Source: Octopus vulgaris (lineage: Eukaryota). Taken from it: a stretch of 64,000 nucleotides of DNA. The stretch is from positions 49,104,001-49,168,000 of the forward strand of contig OX597816.1 of the NCBI GenBank assembly GCA_951406725.2, read 5' to 3'. Position numbers and translations under genes: made by a program. Under the pieces are notes generated by a model. That model made no database searches. It worked only from the letters and a program-made list of their open reading frames with translations, and was not told the origin of the DNA. Positions 50,640 to 64,000 of the stretch are shown here, piece by piece. Numbering within the stretch: position 1 is the first letter of the stretch; each line of letters starts with the position of its first letter.

Positions 50640-52610
50640 GAAACTGGAGGAGCATAGAATTGGAATTGTTTTTAGAGCCTGACATTGTGCTGAAGGAGAA
50701 GCCTGGGTATAGGCAATATAAAATCGATCCCCAGAGCCTTCTACAAGTTTGCCTCTGTGCACTCCTCGGAAAAATGATTCATTCACAGGGAAGCCAATGA
50801 GGATAAGTGAAATACTAAAGGAGCAATTCAAAAGTGTTTTCTGTCCACCCCCAGCATATTTGCATGTCAGCTATCTAGCTGGCTTTTTACCACTGCAGAT
50901 ATAAAAACAGTGCTGATTGATTACATCAATATAAAAGAAGACGATGTAATACGTTCTATAGATGAAATGAACCCGAACTCAGCTACTGGCCCTGATGGAT
51001 TCCCAGCAATCCTTCTAAAATCATATAAGCGACTCTTAGCAAGACCACTGCAGTCCCTCTTCCAGAGCTTTCTTGCAAATGGCAAACTTCGAAGCAAGCT
51101 CGAGGAAGGTAAAATATGCCCTATTCATACAGGAGGTAGCAGAGCGGAGACCAAAAGTTACACTTATCTCTCTGACCTCGCACATCAGCGAAGTCATAAA
51201 CAAATAGTTAGAAGAAAGCTAATCACCTTCCTTGAGGAAAATGAATTGCGGACCCCCAACAGGGTTTCCGACCAGAAAGAAGCTGCGTAACTCAGCTCTT
51301 GCGGTACTATGACTGGGTTTTGAAACAGCTGTTCAATCACTCAAATGTGGATGTGTTTATATCTCGACTTTGCAAAGGTTTTCGATAATGTCGATCATGG
51401 ATTGATATATCACAAACCTTGTGATCTAGACATAATCGAGAAAATGACTGCATTACTTTCTGAACGATAGAAGTCAGCTGATAGTAGCCAATGGGGTCAC
51501 CTCCAATGACACGCAAATAGTGTCCGGTGTTCCGCAAAGCACCGTTTTGGGACCACTACTGTTCATAATTGCCCTCTCAGTTATGCTCTCAACTGCACAT
51601 TGAGCCACAATCACAAGTAATGCATATTATACATAAGTTTCACAGGTGATAAAGAACCCTGAAGGCACTATGCACCTGCAATGTGAGTTGGATGAAATAC
51701 ACAAGTGGGCTGAGAAGTATAGCATGCAGTTTAATGATGAAAAGTTTCATGTCTTGTACTATCACCATTCAAAACTAAATGCAATACAAATTAAACACAC
51801 TGGACCTGGAGAGATTGCAATCCCAGAGACTCAGTGCGAGACTTGGGGCATTTATATGAGTAACGAAGCATCCTTCCATTCTATGTGCATGTTGCTAAGT
51901 TGTTAATGAAATGCAGGCGGCTAACCGGATGGATTTTAAGAACTTTTAGAACGAAAGATCAGGAAACCATGATGGTCTTCTGGAGGACATTTGTCCTAAG
52001 CCACTTTGACTATTGTTCCCAGCAATGGTCACCAACCAGTATAAAATTAATGCCAGAACACGTGGCAATCCAGCGAAGCTACATGAAGATGGCCTCTATG
52101 CCGCATATAAGCTACTAGGAAAAACTCAAGAGATTGAGACACTATTCACTAGAGCGTAAGCGAGAAAGATATGCCATAAGACCTAAAAGGACTTGTCCTA
52201 AACTTTGGCATTGAGAGTTACACTAATGCTAGAATAGGGCGACGCTGCATAGTGCCAAAGACTCCAACTTCGCCATCAAGGTACAGGACAATATATTGCA
52301 ACAGTCTGCGCCTTAAAGACCCAGAGCTCTTCAATACATCTCCCCGCGAAGGGCCTGAGAGACCTACATGGGGTGGATGTGTCTTCAAAACGAAACTAAA
52401 CCGCTTACTGTCAAGTGTCTCGGATGACCGACTTTACAGCAGGAAATGCAGATGAGGTCAGCGGCATTAATTACCCTCATGCACCAAACACCAATTTCTA
52501 AAGAAGAATTGAAGTAAAATTATGTAGCAACACCAAATAGCGGTGCCCCAGAATGGCCATTAATTTTATATGAGCATATGAGCTGAAGCTAGATCATATC
52601 AAATCATATA
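50640..52610 (+). mobile_element. Decayed copy of the LINE family seen at 39557-43878, including its 3' end
   Basis: IDYINIKEDDVIRSIDEMNPNSATGPDGFPAILLK nearly matches the 41649 ORF. Further fragments include SGVPQSTVLGPLLF and WILRTF..HFDYCSQQWSP. Many frameshifts; ends at TA repeats. Confidence 0.9.
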
Positions 52611-52638
52611 TATATATATATATACTATGTATGTATGT

Positions 52639-52678
<40 letters not shown>

Positions 52679-52774
52679 TATGTATGTATGTAGATATAGA
52701 TATATATATATATATATATATACTATGTATGTATGTATGTAGATATATATATATATACTATGTATGTATGTATG

Positions 52775-52806
<32 letters not shown>

Positions 52807-53009
52807 GATATAGATATATATATACATATATATATTATTTATATTATTAATTAATTGAACGCCACGCATCCATTTCCAAGTAAGTTTATCATAACCTTTT
52901 TGATGCGAATCCGCTCTATAATGTTTTCTTTCTCCATCCTTCTCTAATTCCCATTTTCTCACCTTTCACCGTTTTTTATCTCTGTCACTCTCTCTCTCTC
53001 TCCTTCTTT

Positions 53010-54020
53010 CTCTTGCACGGCTGTCTCATTCACACAGAAAGCAGCAGTATTTGGTGTATCCGTCCTGTAAGTCCATCACAAGAGCAATAACCTTTAAGTC
53101 ACCACAGAGCTGCCACTGACGTTCATACATTTCAACACATGCTTTATATTCTCATAAGTTTCTTTCATATGTGATGCATAGCAGACAGAAATTGATTATA
53201 CAGCAAGCCACTTTTAAGATTGAGTTTTAATGAAACTATGAACAGCCTCCCGTTACTGGGTTTGTATTCAATACCAAGTGCTTCCATCATACAATTAATA
53301 ATCTTGCTGGACAATAAATTCCGTTCCAATATGAAGAAATTACTGAACTGCTGATGGCAGTCATGAAAGTTTGAAATATTCACATCAGCTGCAAGGAGAT
53401 ACGACAGTTGAAGGCGAGAGCCTAGAAGCTCTGCCCACTTCTTAGTTGTAGATCCCTGACAAGGTCATGGTGTTCACCTTGTGTTATGAGGTGTGGTCTA
53501 GAGGAGGGTGCTTTATCAAAATTTGGGCCACTTTCTAATCCAGCACTATCATCCTTCTCTGCTTCCTCCTCACCAATTTCTTCATCTGACTCGAAGTTGA
53601 TGCACCAGGAACAGGTAGAACTTCTTCAAGTGGAACTGGGCGAAGAGCTGATGGAATGCTTGGATATTATATGGATTCCTTTTCTTCTTTGATAAGCCCT
53701 TTTTATTTTTTACTGGAGATACCATGCAGAAATAAGAATTGTTTGTATGGTCGTTTGGTCCCGCCGCGTTATTGGCACAGCAAAATGCATTCTTTTCCTC
53801 TTCTTTTTCAAAAATTGATGAAGGTTAGTAGCACAAGTATTGCAGCATATGTGAGTAGCTCACTTCTCATCCAGGTTGCCAGTCTTGCATCCAAAATATA
53901 GTTGATATGTTGATATGCCTTTCTAACCATAGCGTTTATACGACACTTGCGTGATGCAAAGTTCACCTCACCACAATTGCAGCAGAAGTTGCCTGCCTTA
54001 TTCACACAAGTGCGAGACAT
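53010..54020 (-). mobile_element. Decayed DNA transposase, Chapaev3-like (CMC) by motif recall
   Basis: MSRTCVNKAGNFCCNCGEV..VRKAY; GRLFIVSLKLNLKSGLLYN; WQLCGDLKVIALVMDLQDGYTKYCCFLCE*DSR. Confidence 0.65.
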
Positions 54021-54402
54021 CTGAAAGCAAAACAAAAAATAAGAAAAGAAAAGAAAAAGAAGATAAACAGAAAATTCATTCATAAATTCATCATTGTAAT
54101 AAAGAGCATGACATCTTAGCAGAAGCATTTATATCGTTCAGTAGGAAACTAGAATTAATATAAAATGCCTCGCATGCATATCAATAGCTTGCCCAATGAA
54201 TATTTATTATTAGTTTAAAAAGTGTTTCATAAAGAAAATCACCTAGATTTCACCTCAGTATATAAACTTGCAGAGCACAACCACCTCCTATGACTGCTGA
54301 AGTGCAGTGGGACAGTAAGTGTGGTAAGAAACACACTCCTGCAGCGCCTGTTGCAACCTGTTGTGACACGTACGTGTATCTTGAAAAGTATAGCTAACAG
54401 TT

Positions 54403-54465
<63 letters not shown>

Positions 54466-56294
54466 AGATATATAATAAATGTGTATATGTGTAGTATATA
54501 TATATAGTAGATTTGCAGAGACTTCCAAGTTACTAGCAACCGTTTCCTTGTAGAAATGAAAGTGATACGTTATTTTAATGTGTTAAGTGATATTTCAATT
54601 GATATTTGACTTCTTTCACAAATAATTAGTCATAAAACATTATGTGTGTATGTATTTGAACTCATATATTCAGAAAAACGCACACACACACACACATACA
54701 CACACACAAACATATTTATTTATATACATATGTGTATATAATTCTAAATAACATTTAATAATATATTCTTGGAACTTCTGTTAGGTTTCTGGGAAATGGA
54801 AATGTTCAGTGATTGGCGTTTGGCATTGGGAATATCCGAGTTATTTCGTGTTATTGTATAACAGCTTAGAAATATAAAGAGGAACTGTCTGCTACTTAGA
54901 AATGTTATGAGGTCAAAACTTCTTTAATTTTCGCTGCGGTTTATGCCAATAATTTGATCAAGTAAAAGAAGAGCTATATAAACATGATATAAAAATAAAT
55001 ATTAATATTTCCACAAGACTCATTATCTGTCATCTATTTCCTGTGACCTCTGGCCAAATAGTCGGTAATTGTACTTTTTTTTTTAGAGATCTTTGTAGCT
55101 GGTAATGAATAAAATAAAGAGAGAGTGAGATAGAGGAAAAAAAGCAAAAAGAGAGATAATCAATAATAAAAGAAATATGAGAATATGATGTTTGTTTACT
55201 TGGCAATAGCCACTTTGTCATCAATCAAGTTATTTTCCTTCTGAGTTGATAGGCGAGTATCAGGAAATGATAATATTTTCTCACATGCTACGATTTACGA
55301 CATGGCTTCTGATTTCAGATTAGGTTTGAGTTCTTAGACCGATAACAACATATCAAAATCATTATTTCTCATTTATTGACAAACATCACAGAAATATGCT
55401 TATAAAATAACCTCCACTCCAAAACAAAAAAAGAGTAAAGACAGAGAAAAATATAGAAGAAAGTAATAGAGACAGATATAAAGAAAGGAAAAAGAAGCGA
55501 TATGAAAATATGAACATTAGATATGTTAATAAATATTTTTGAAATATACTCGAGTAAAAGCGTGTGGTTGTTAGAAAACTAAACGCAAAAACATGGAAAC
55601 AACTAAAAATTTATTGGAAAACTGTCAAGTTTAATTGATGAGAAACAAAATAACATTTCATAAAGAAATAAGGGAAACCTTTGAGCCAAAATGTGGCAAG
55701 AAATATAAGGAAACATAATTTTTATTGGTGTATATTAGAGGATTGATTGTTTATTAGTTTTTGCAAGCATCTTGCAAAAATAATGATAATCGATCGAGAA
55801 TAATATTGTTCAGTAATAAAACTTGTTAGAAGCAAGCTTCATGATTTTAATTGGAAAATAAGATTAATAAAATAAGAATTATTAGAGAAATAATGAGTAC
55901 AAAATTGGAAGGAAAATGAAATGGCAGAAAATAAATTAATGTTCAAAGAAAATTTCAACATATGTTTTGGTTCTTCTTTATTACAGTTGAGTGTTGTTTT
56001 TCTTTATCTTTGTTCACTATTTCTTTGTTAGGGTCATAAAAATATAAAGGAAACTAGTTAAAACTCCATAAAAAATACTGTTTATAGTATTCTTAAGATC
56101 ATTTTAAATTTACATGTCTATGTCAAGCAATCGGCTTTTTTGATATCTGGGTTACACGGATAATTTGAAAATTATTATTAGTCTGTCATTTAATAATTTC
56201 ATTTAATTTAACATGCTGGCATTTCAGAATAGAAAGATTGATATAAAATAGTAATAGTAGATTGGTGTCTAAGATATTGGAATAAAAAATCATG

Positions 56295-56329
<35 letters not shown>

Positions 56330-56334
<5 letters not shown>

Positions 56335-56609
56335 GTAAAATATGAAAAATCAACGAAAATGCACATTGTAAATAGAAAAATGGCTATTTATGACAGGTAA
56401 CGACAAATATATACATTTAGATTTGCTGAGGTAGTAATACGAGTCATAAAAGTCATTATTAAGAGATCATCTCTTAATAATGACTTTTATGACTTGTATT
56501 ACTACCTCAGTCAATCTAAATATATATATATTTGTCGTTGCCTGTCATAAATAGCCCTTTTTTGTATTTACAACGTGCATTTTCGTTGATTTTTTATATT
56601 TTACCCTTA
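56330..56609. repeat. 280-bp palindrome with 1-nt centre, flanked by (TA)n
   Basis: Centre aagagat-c-atctctt at 56461-56475; arms ggtaaaatat..gtcattatt and aataatgac..atattttacc. Confidence 0.95.
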
Positions 56610-56659
56610 CATTTCCACGTGTATTTTATATTTTATATTTTCTTTTTGTAACATATTTC

Positions 56660-56722
<63 letters not shown>

Positions 56723-56789
56723 CTTATTTTATTTTTAAAAATTAAGATAAACAAAGTTCGTCTTAAATCAAAAATATACAATCCTTCAT

Positions 56790-57900
56790 TTTCTACAGTG
56801 CTTTTCTATCAAGGCCCTTCTTCCAAAATTCACTTGTCCGTGACGAAAAATACTCCGCCAGTACTGTTCTGACCTCGTCTAAAGAATTCATATTTTTTCC
56901 GTCCAAATTATTTTGAGGAGTGTGGAATAAATGATAATCAGATGGAGTAATGTCCGGCGAATGTGGTGGGTGAGAGATCGTTTCCCACTCAAACTGTTCC
57001 AGCCTTTGGAATGTCAGCTTCACTGTATGTGGCCGAACATTATTCTGATAGAAGAATAGCTTTCGTCTTGAAACCAAAGATGATCGTTTTCTTCTGGCGC
57101 TGACTTAAGCCGCTCAAGCTGCTCGCAGTAGATCTCCCTTGTTATCGTTTGGTTTGGGCTAAGAAGTTCAAAGTGGACCAAACAGATAACATCACCTTAG
57201 GTGGGTGAAGTCTCTTTTAGCCTAGGGTGTCGGTGTTTCTCCTTTCCCTACCCACTGTCTTCGGCGCTTGACTTTTTGTATAGAGAACCCATTTCTCGTC
57301 ACCAGTCAGTATTCGGGCCAAAAGATGTGACTGCAAAGAAGAGTACACTTTCACTCGCTGTGCGCAATTAGGCTCGGAAAGTTTGTGAAGAACCTATTGA
57401 CCCAATTTGCTGACTTTTCCTATGGCACGCAGGTGTCGATGAATGGTTGAATGACTAAATCCAAGCTCCTCTGTTAGGTCCTCGACAGTTACGATGAGAT
57501 TTTGTTCCACGGCAATCTCTACAGATCTTCCAGGACGAGGCTCGTCTTCTAGGCTGTAGTTTCAAGCTAGGAAATTCTGAAACCACCGTTGACACTGGCT
57601 TACGCTTATTGTTCGATCTCCATACACTGCATCAATATACCTCGCACTTTCCGTTGCGTTGATGCCTTAATTGAACTCAAAAAGAAAAATATGCCGAATA
57701 TGCTCCTTTGTTATTTCCATTGTAGCTTTGAAATAATAACTCGTAAAATCGAAGTGCACTCTGCAAAACTTTCACAAAGAATAAAGACAATGTAAGTTTA
57801 CTATCTTCATTTATAGCAAGTTAATGCAGGTAGTTTATCCTGTTCCCCTCCGACTTTTAGCTCATGCAATTGAAAAAAACCGCATTATTTATAGGATGAC

Positions 57901-57906
<6 letters not shown>
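56790..57906 (-). mobile_element. Decayed mariner transposon between TA tracts
   Basis: TIR-like ttgggtcatcctataaataatgcgg at the right end. ATG near 57720 (MEITKEHIRHI); C-terminal QNNVRPH..HPPHSPDITPSDYHLF. Confidence 0.85.
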
Positions 57907-57960
<54 letters not shown>

Positions 57961-58679
57961 CATATATATGCATACACACACGCACATACACATGGATATA
58001 GAAACATATATTAGAATTTCTTTGACAACAAATTTCGTCTGTAGAAGATAAAGTTGAAATCAAAACATGTTTTATAATGAATTGGATTCTACATGCAGTA
58101 TTGTGTCTCACCATCAGTAAAGACTTGCTTCAAAATATGAACAATATATGTTCGTGTGTGTGTGTGTGTGTTTGTGCATATTTGTGTATGCGTGTCTATC
58201 TGTGTACGCGCGCGTCTGAGTGCGTGTGCGTGCGTGTATATATGTGTGTGTATGTGTGTGTGTGAGTTATTCATATGCATCTCTGTTTTGATTGTGGCCA
58301 TACCGAAATACAGCATTGATAAATTTGGTCGATTAAATCGGTGACAATAATTCTTTTAAATCTGGTACTTATTCTGTTGATTTTTGCTTTTGCATTATTA
58401 CCAGATATAGGGGACATACAGAAGTAAACTTGTTGCTTGGTGGTGACACACAATATCATCATGAAAGACTTAAACACATACATGCTTATATACTTATGTA
58501 TAACGTCGGTATTCTTAGGTTCCTGCCAACCAACCAATTCAATGATTTTACTAAGATTTGGTGTACAGGAAGTACCTTTGCATATGAATAATTTTCAGTG
58601 GGTGTAGCTTGCTCTGTACTATCCCTACCTATTGACCCAAGAATAATTTCACCGGTGTGACATGAATATTGACTAAACC

Positions 58680-58860
58680 AGGAACTTCCAAGGTTTCAGG
58701 TTCTATTTCGGAGATCTCCTTCTCCTAGGTAGATTACCAACCAAGGTTTTAGAGCTTCTACCTGCCCATGAATAAGCTATCCCATTCCAGACTCCAAACC
58801 GACACTCAGACACTCTATAAAGTGATAAAATATCACTCCGGTTACCAGCGCGGAGTAGCT
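58680..58860 (-). mobile_element. Possible RTE 5'UTR fragment
   Basis: Minus strand aaaccttggttggtaatctacctaggagaagga resembles RTE-clade 5' leaders (from recall). Confidence 0.3.
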
Positions 58861-59062
58861 CTTTCATATATAAAAAAAGAAATAAAAGAAAAGAAAAGTA
58901 CGATATGTGGTTTGCAAATGTAAATAAGAATTAAATATAAATAATATATATAAATATAAGAAAGTAAACGAAATGCAATAAATTTAAATATGTATATAAA
59001 AGTAAAAATAAACATATATAAATATACATTTATAAATATTCATACAAACATACATACATACA

Positions 59063-59109
<47 letters not shown>

Positions 59110-61060
59110 TGTTGTGTCTGGGGGCGAGTCAATTTCTTTTTGCGCCTTATAATGTAACACACTCACCGGTAAAATTTCCACTTCAACACACGAACTCATA
59201 TAAAGAATCTTGCAAATCAAATCCCAAAACGAAATATATATATAAGCATACATACATACATACATACATATATACATACATACATACATACATACATACA
59301 TACATACATACATACACACATTTAGACGCGTGTATACTAACATGTACTCTGCTTTTCAGTTCTATGTCTTATAATAGTTAGAAAAGGTATTTCGACTAGA
59401 ACCATTCATGAGACATAGCTGATAAAGAAACATTTTCAAAAACATTTAAGCGGCGTGTTAAAATGGTGCGAAGCTAAATGATAAGCAAGCACATTTGATA
59501 TTAACGTCAATAATATTTCGTTATCTGTCACTTAGTACATATCACATGCAAATCGTTAATAAAGCATTCGATTTCTACGTGCATGAAGAGAGACAACAAT
59601 GTCTAATAGACGATGCCTTTGTAGTAAAGAAAAACTCGTTTAAATCAGGAAGTTTCTCTAAGATTATCGATAAAATACGTACGCTTTGGATACAGAATAA
59701 AACTGAACGCAGTTTATGAACGTTGACTAGATAGAACGTCTTATAAACTATTATAAATAAAATGAAAATGTTTGGTAGCTCTTAAATTGATATAGAGTTA
59801 TCGTTACAAACTACAATTAACATTCCTTGAACAACTCCCTATAAAGCTCCTTCAGAGCGTAGATGGCAATTAATGTGTGTTTTATGAATATATATAAGCA
59901 ATACTACTACACTAATCATCAGGAGATGTCAGACCGTATTCTCTGTAAGGTATCAATCATACCTACTCATTCTAAGTGGAAGATGCATTTGCTATCCTTA
60001 TTTGAAAGCAGTATGCTAGCTTCCAATCCGCTCAATGTCGACAGTCACGAATATTTCGTTTGATAGAGATGCGAAATTTGAGGCACTCACTTCGTTAGAT
60101 ATCGAAACCCTAGTAACGAAATAGGTGCAAAGTGGGATGGTAGAAGCAAAAACCCAACTCTTAGGGGCCAATAATCCCTGTAAGTTTTAAACATTAAACC
60201 TTATCCTAAAGTTGGAAAAAAGTAAGTCAGTGTTTACATCAAGTGAAATAAATATGATTTACCTGTATGTATTCAACGAGTCATCATGAATATATTGGCA
60301 ATACAACAACAGGTATACAACCAACATGACTTGGTATGCACTAAAAAGAATTTAGAAATATGCTACAACCCTTTAATATACCATTTGGTTAACTCGAAAT
60401 AATCTGGAAAATATAAGAGCAATCGTCATATTTGGATTTTGCCCAGATATCGACGTATCTAATTCATAGTGAAATTACTTAACTAGCAATAGAGCAAGAG
60501 GCAGTAGATTTCGACAAGTGAAGTGATTGTCTTATCATTTTCGTCATGAGAGAAGCGCATGGTAAACGGGCGTCTACATTCCCAACCAAGACAAGTAACG
60601 TTGAAGGTGATGTTATCCAAGATTCGGAGACCTGGTCTAAATGCTAGCAACAGAATAGAGTTTGTTAAAATTTCCTAAAAGTACAAATGACGGTTTGAGA
60701 CTGAAGAATATAGTGCAAGTCTACTAGCTGGTTATAGTGTGATTTCGTTACAAAGCGCATTGGGCCAGAGGGAAGATCATCAGGCATTCCCTAGTTTGGG
60801 ACTCGATTTTCGATCCGCTTCGGCTGAATCTTAAAATCACAACAGAAGGAGATAGGGGACAGAAAAACAGCAATATATATTGTGACAGGAAACCAGTAAT
60901 ACATTCCATTTACATAAATTTATAACTATATTATTATATCATTCTTTTATGCGTTTCAGCTAAAAGGCTGAGGTCATTTTGAAGCATGACGATAAACAAT
61001 TAAGTTGCAACTAAATAAATATATCATGAGGATAAACAGCAAATACGACTAAATAAAGAA

Positions 61061-61320
<260 letters not shown>

Positions 61321-61775
61321 TAAAAACAGTAAGTTGCAAATATATAACAGAATAACCATATATTTGTTTAATAGTTACACAAATAACAATTTGCTGCTAT
61401 ATAAGTTGAGTTAAAAATTCATGAAAGGATTTATTTGTATAATTACAATAATTGGAAAATTTCCATCTTGTAGAAACCAGACATCTTCTAATTCTAAATT
61501 CTAATGCTGTTATCAGCTCTTGCATCCTTCATCGTCTTTAAAGAATTTCAGTTAAATATGTGACTGGAAGCAATGTTTCTCGTTGATAAATAACTCACAA
61601 AAGTTACCAGAATTTCGTAATTTTAATGCTTTCTTTGATTTTGTTTCTTAATGTTTTGGCAAAAATCGACGTTATCACACATAATTATATTTTAAACCAA
61701 ATTAAAATCATATCCTGAGATTAAACAATAAATGTTAACAGTTCTGAGATAGGAATTTGTGAAACTTAACATGTC

Positions 61776-62655
61776 TTGTCTAAAGAAATATTTTGTATCA
61801 TAACTAACGGGTTCTGGTGCATTACAACAGATCGACATTTGGGCGAATATTTCAGCAATAATTCTTGGGCCAATCAATATTATGTGAACCAACTTACCAA
61901 CCTGTTCCAAAAAACATTCGGGCCTGGGTATTTCGATAATTACCAAAAAATTCTGATCTGTCAGTGCTACAAGAACGCTTTACCTGTTCGCAATAAGTTA
62001 TCCCGACACGGAATGTCAGTGCCAACGATATGTCCAAGATGTGGGCTGGGCAATGAAACCGTCCAGCATGCTTTTGTACATTGTCAGGAGCTGTCAGGCT
62101 TGATGATTTACGTCGAACACGTGTTGTCGCATCTGGGAAGAGTGCAGCTATCGGCTGAATCTATAACAAAGATTGTACTGCCAACTGGACTCTCGAAGGA
62201 AGGTGAGGTATGTTTTTTTCTGTACAGTTGCTGTGCTGAAAGAATGTGTGTGGAAGACTAGAATGTAAAGACTAGTGACAGGATCCTTTATCTCTGGCCC
62301 TGGTTTGCTACAATACTTCAGATGTCATCTGAAGAGCAAGATAGGGCTGGAGAAGAGAACCCTGTCGCGAAGTGTGTTTGAGGAAAGCTAGAAGGCTGTA
62401 TTAAGAAAGGTGGGGGTCTTGTAACCTTACTTAATCTGCATTGGGAGAAAAAAAGGAAAGGGTAGCCGCTGGGCCTTTTAGGCAACCGGGCATAATCTCC
62501 TCCCCAAAAGGTGGAAAAAAGGACTATATAATATAACATTCATCTTTTCATTAAAATTTTAAAACAAAGTTCATTCGAACCTGCACTAACTTCATTTGTA
62601 TATGCTGTCCTGTGCTGAATCATCTATATGTGACATTATTGTCTTAATAAAAAAA
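61776..62655 (+). mobile_element. L1/Tx1-clade LINE 3' fragment
   Basis: ALPVRNKL..CPRCGLGNETVQHAFVHC is a CCHC zf-RVT motif. Ends with aataaaaaaa. Confidence 0.75.
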
Positions 62656-62671
62656 TCAGCTTGCAAGCCAT

Positions 62672-62716
62672 GCTACTCCAGACTGATGACTCAGAAACTA
62701 GTCTCTGGGTTGTAGC
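62672..62716 (+). ncRNA. Minimal type I hammerhead ribozyme, intact core
   Basis: gcuac uccaga CUGAUGA cuca GAAA cuag UC ucuggg uu guagc. Helix I is 6+5 bp, helix III is the palindrome ACUAGU, and the GUC site ends at 62703. Confidence 0.8.
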
Positions 62717-62848
62717 TTTGCTGGGTGAAGGTGCTTATCTCCAGGAAATCTGTCAAAGCCGACAAGAAGCGGTGCTTCCTAGGGCTAAGTACCAGTAGTA
62801 GTGTTCCCTTTCATAGGACTGTCACATTAGATCGACAACATACCACCA

Positions 62849-62893
<45 letters not shown>

Positions 62894-62989
62894 AGAAGGA
62901 ATAGCTAAGAATTTTTGACTGCTATTTCTAAACTTCGGTATGTGGTGAAGCAAATCTCTGCTGAACCCTAATTATAAAGTATTATATAT

Positions 62990-63021
<32 letters not shown>

Positions 63022-63029
63022 GCACATGT

Positions 63030-63394
63030 CTGTGTGACTGTGTCTGTGTTTGTCCACCACCGCTTCACAATCGGCGCTGGTGTGTTTACCCTTCCTTAAC
63101 TTAACGGTTCGGTAAAGGGATCCGATAGAATAAGTATCTGGCTTAAAACGTACTGAGGTCAATTCATTCGACCAAAAGATTCTCCTAGGTTGTACCCCAG
63201 CATAGCTGCAGTCTAATGACTGGAAAAGACCCCCCCAAAATGTATTATGGTTGTGTGGTAGAAAGATTGCTTGCCAAGCGTATGGTTTCGGTTCAATCCC
63301 ACTGCATGGCATCTTGGGCAAATACTTTCTACTTAATGAGGGCCGACAAATCTTTGATTGGATTTGATTGACAGGAACTGAAAGAAGCCCATCG

Positions 63395-63398
<4 letters not shown>
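63030..63398 (+). mobile_element. Two SINE family A fragments (3' half followed by 5' half)
   Basis: 63030-63228 matches the tail; 63246-63398 matches the head. Confidence 0.75.
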
Positions 63399-63453
<55 letters not shown>

Positions 63454-64000
63454 TTCGATGCATGTAAACAAAGTTTGCTTCTTTTTAGAAGCGTTGATAT
63501 GTTTTGAAATATACAGATATGAAAATAATTTATTCTCCAACAGAATAATGTTGAACAGCATGCCCAAAAGAGAATATCCTTATATAGCTGACAAATTATT
63601 CTGTAATATAAGGATAATCTATCCTAAACATGCTATGCAGCACTGTTCTGCGTTTGAGTAAAATTAATTCCTTATCTCTGTGAATATCTCTGAGCCAGGC
63701 TAGACTTGAAAAAGGGTGCATAAATATAAAAATAATGAATGGAAGTAAATAAATAAATTACAACAAATCTTCTTCAACATCTTCCTCAATACCGAGATTA
63801 AACATTTGAGTTAAGCTATTAATTTGAAAAATAGCAATAAACTTCCATGACATGACTTCTAATGGCAGCTCCTGAGCATTAAATTCATTGCTAAATTTTC
63901 TTTGAAAATATTTGACTTAATTGATTGTTCATTGGGTAAATAAATTTGAACAATTTTCACGCTTACTCAATGCTAATATTATTCGTAATGAATCTCTCAA

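Noticed and set aside
60262-60340. Possible 78-nt - strand exon (tttttag|..cag|gtaaat)
   Set aside because: No phase-linked neighbour or recognisable peptide; such sites arise by chance in AT-rich DNA.

Overview
AT-rich, repeat-dense eukaryotic DNA with no intact host gene. The SINE families and (TA)n load suggest an octopus genome (inferred from repeat recognition, not a search). It has very long TA/TATG/ATT/TAC microsatellites, one 100-N gap (39457-39556), at least four tRNA-SINE families, three CR1/L2-group LINE copies, and Penelope-like (GIY-YIG), L1/Tx1, RTE, mariner, Tc1, Chapaev-like and Helitron remnants. Four things stand out. (1) A set of short elements at (TA)n tracts: minimal type I hammerhead ribozymes (intact core at 62672-62716; others at 38120, 47861, 15496) and 250-320 bp fold-back palindromes (23143, 28476, 31484, 56330). 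(2) A 5'-complete LINE with a 14-copy modular repeat array in its 5'UTR, a Myb/SANT+CCCH ORF1 and a hairpin/U-run at the ORF1-ORF2 junction. (3) A largely phase-consistent chain of about 17 decayed + strand exons (2.3-46 kb), possibly an apolipophorin/vitellogenin-like pseudogene. (4) A candidate 12-nt microexon on the - strand (27405-27416). The 833-aa ORF is a chimera across the gap, and most other long ORFs are microsatellite artefacts. Boundaries of decayed elements are approximate.
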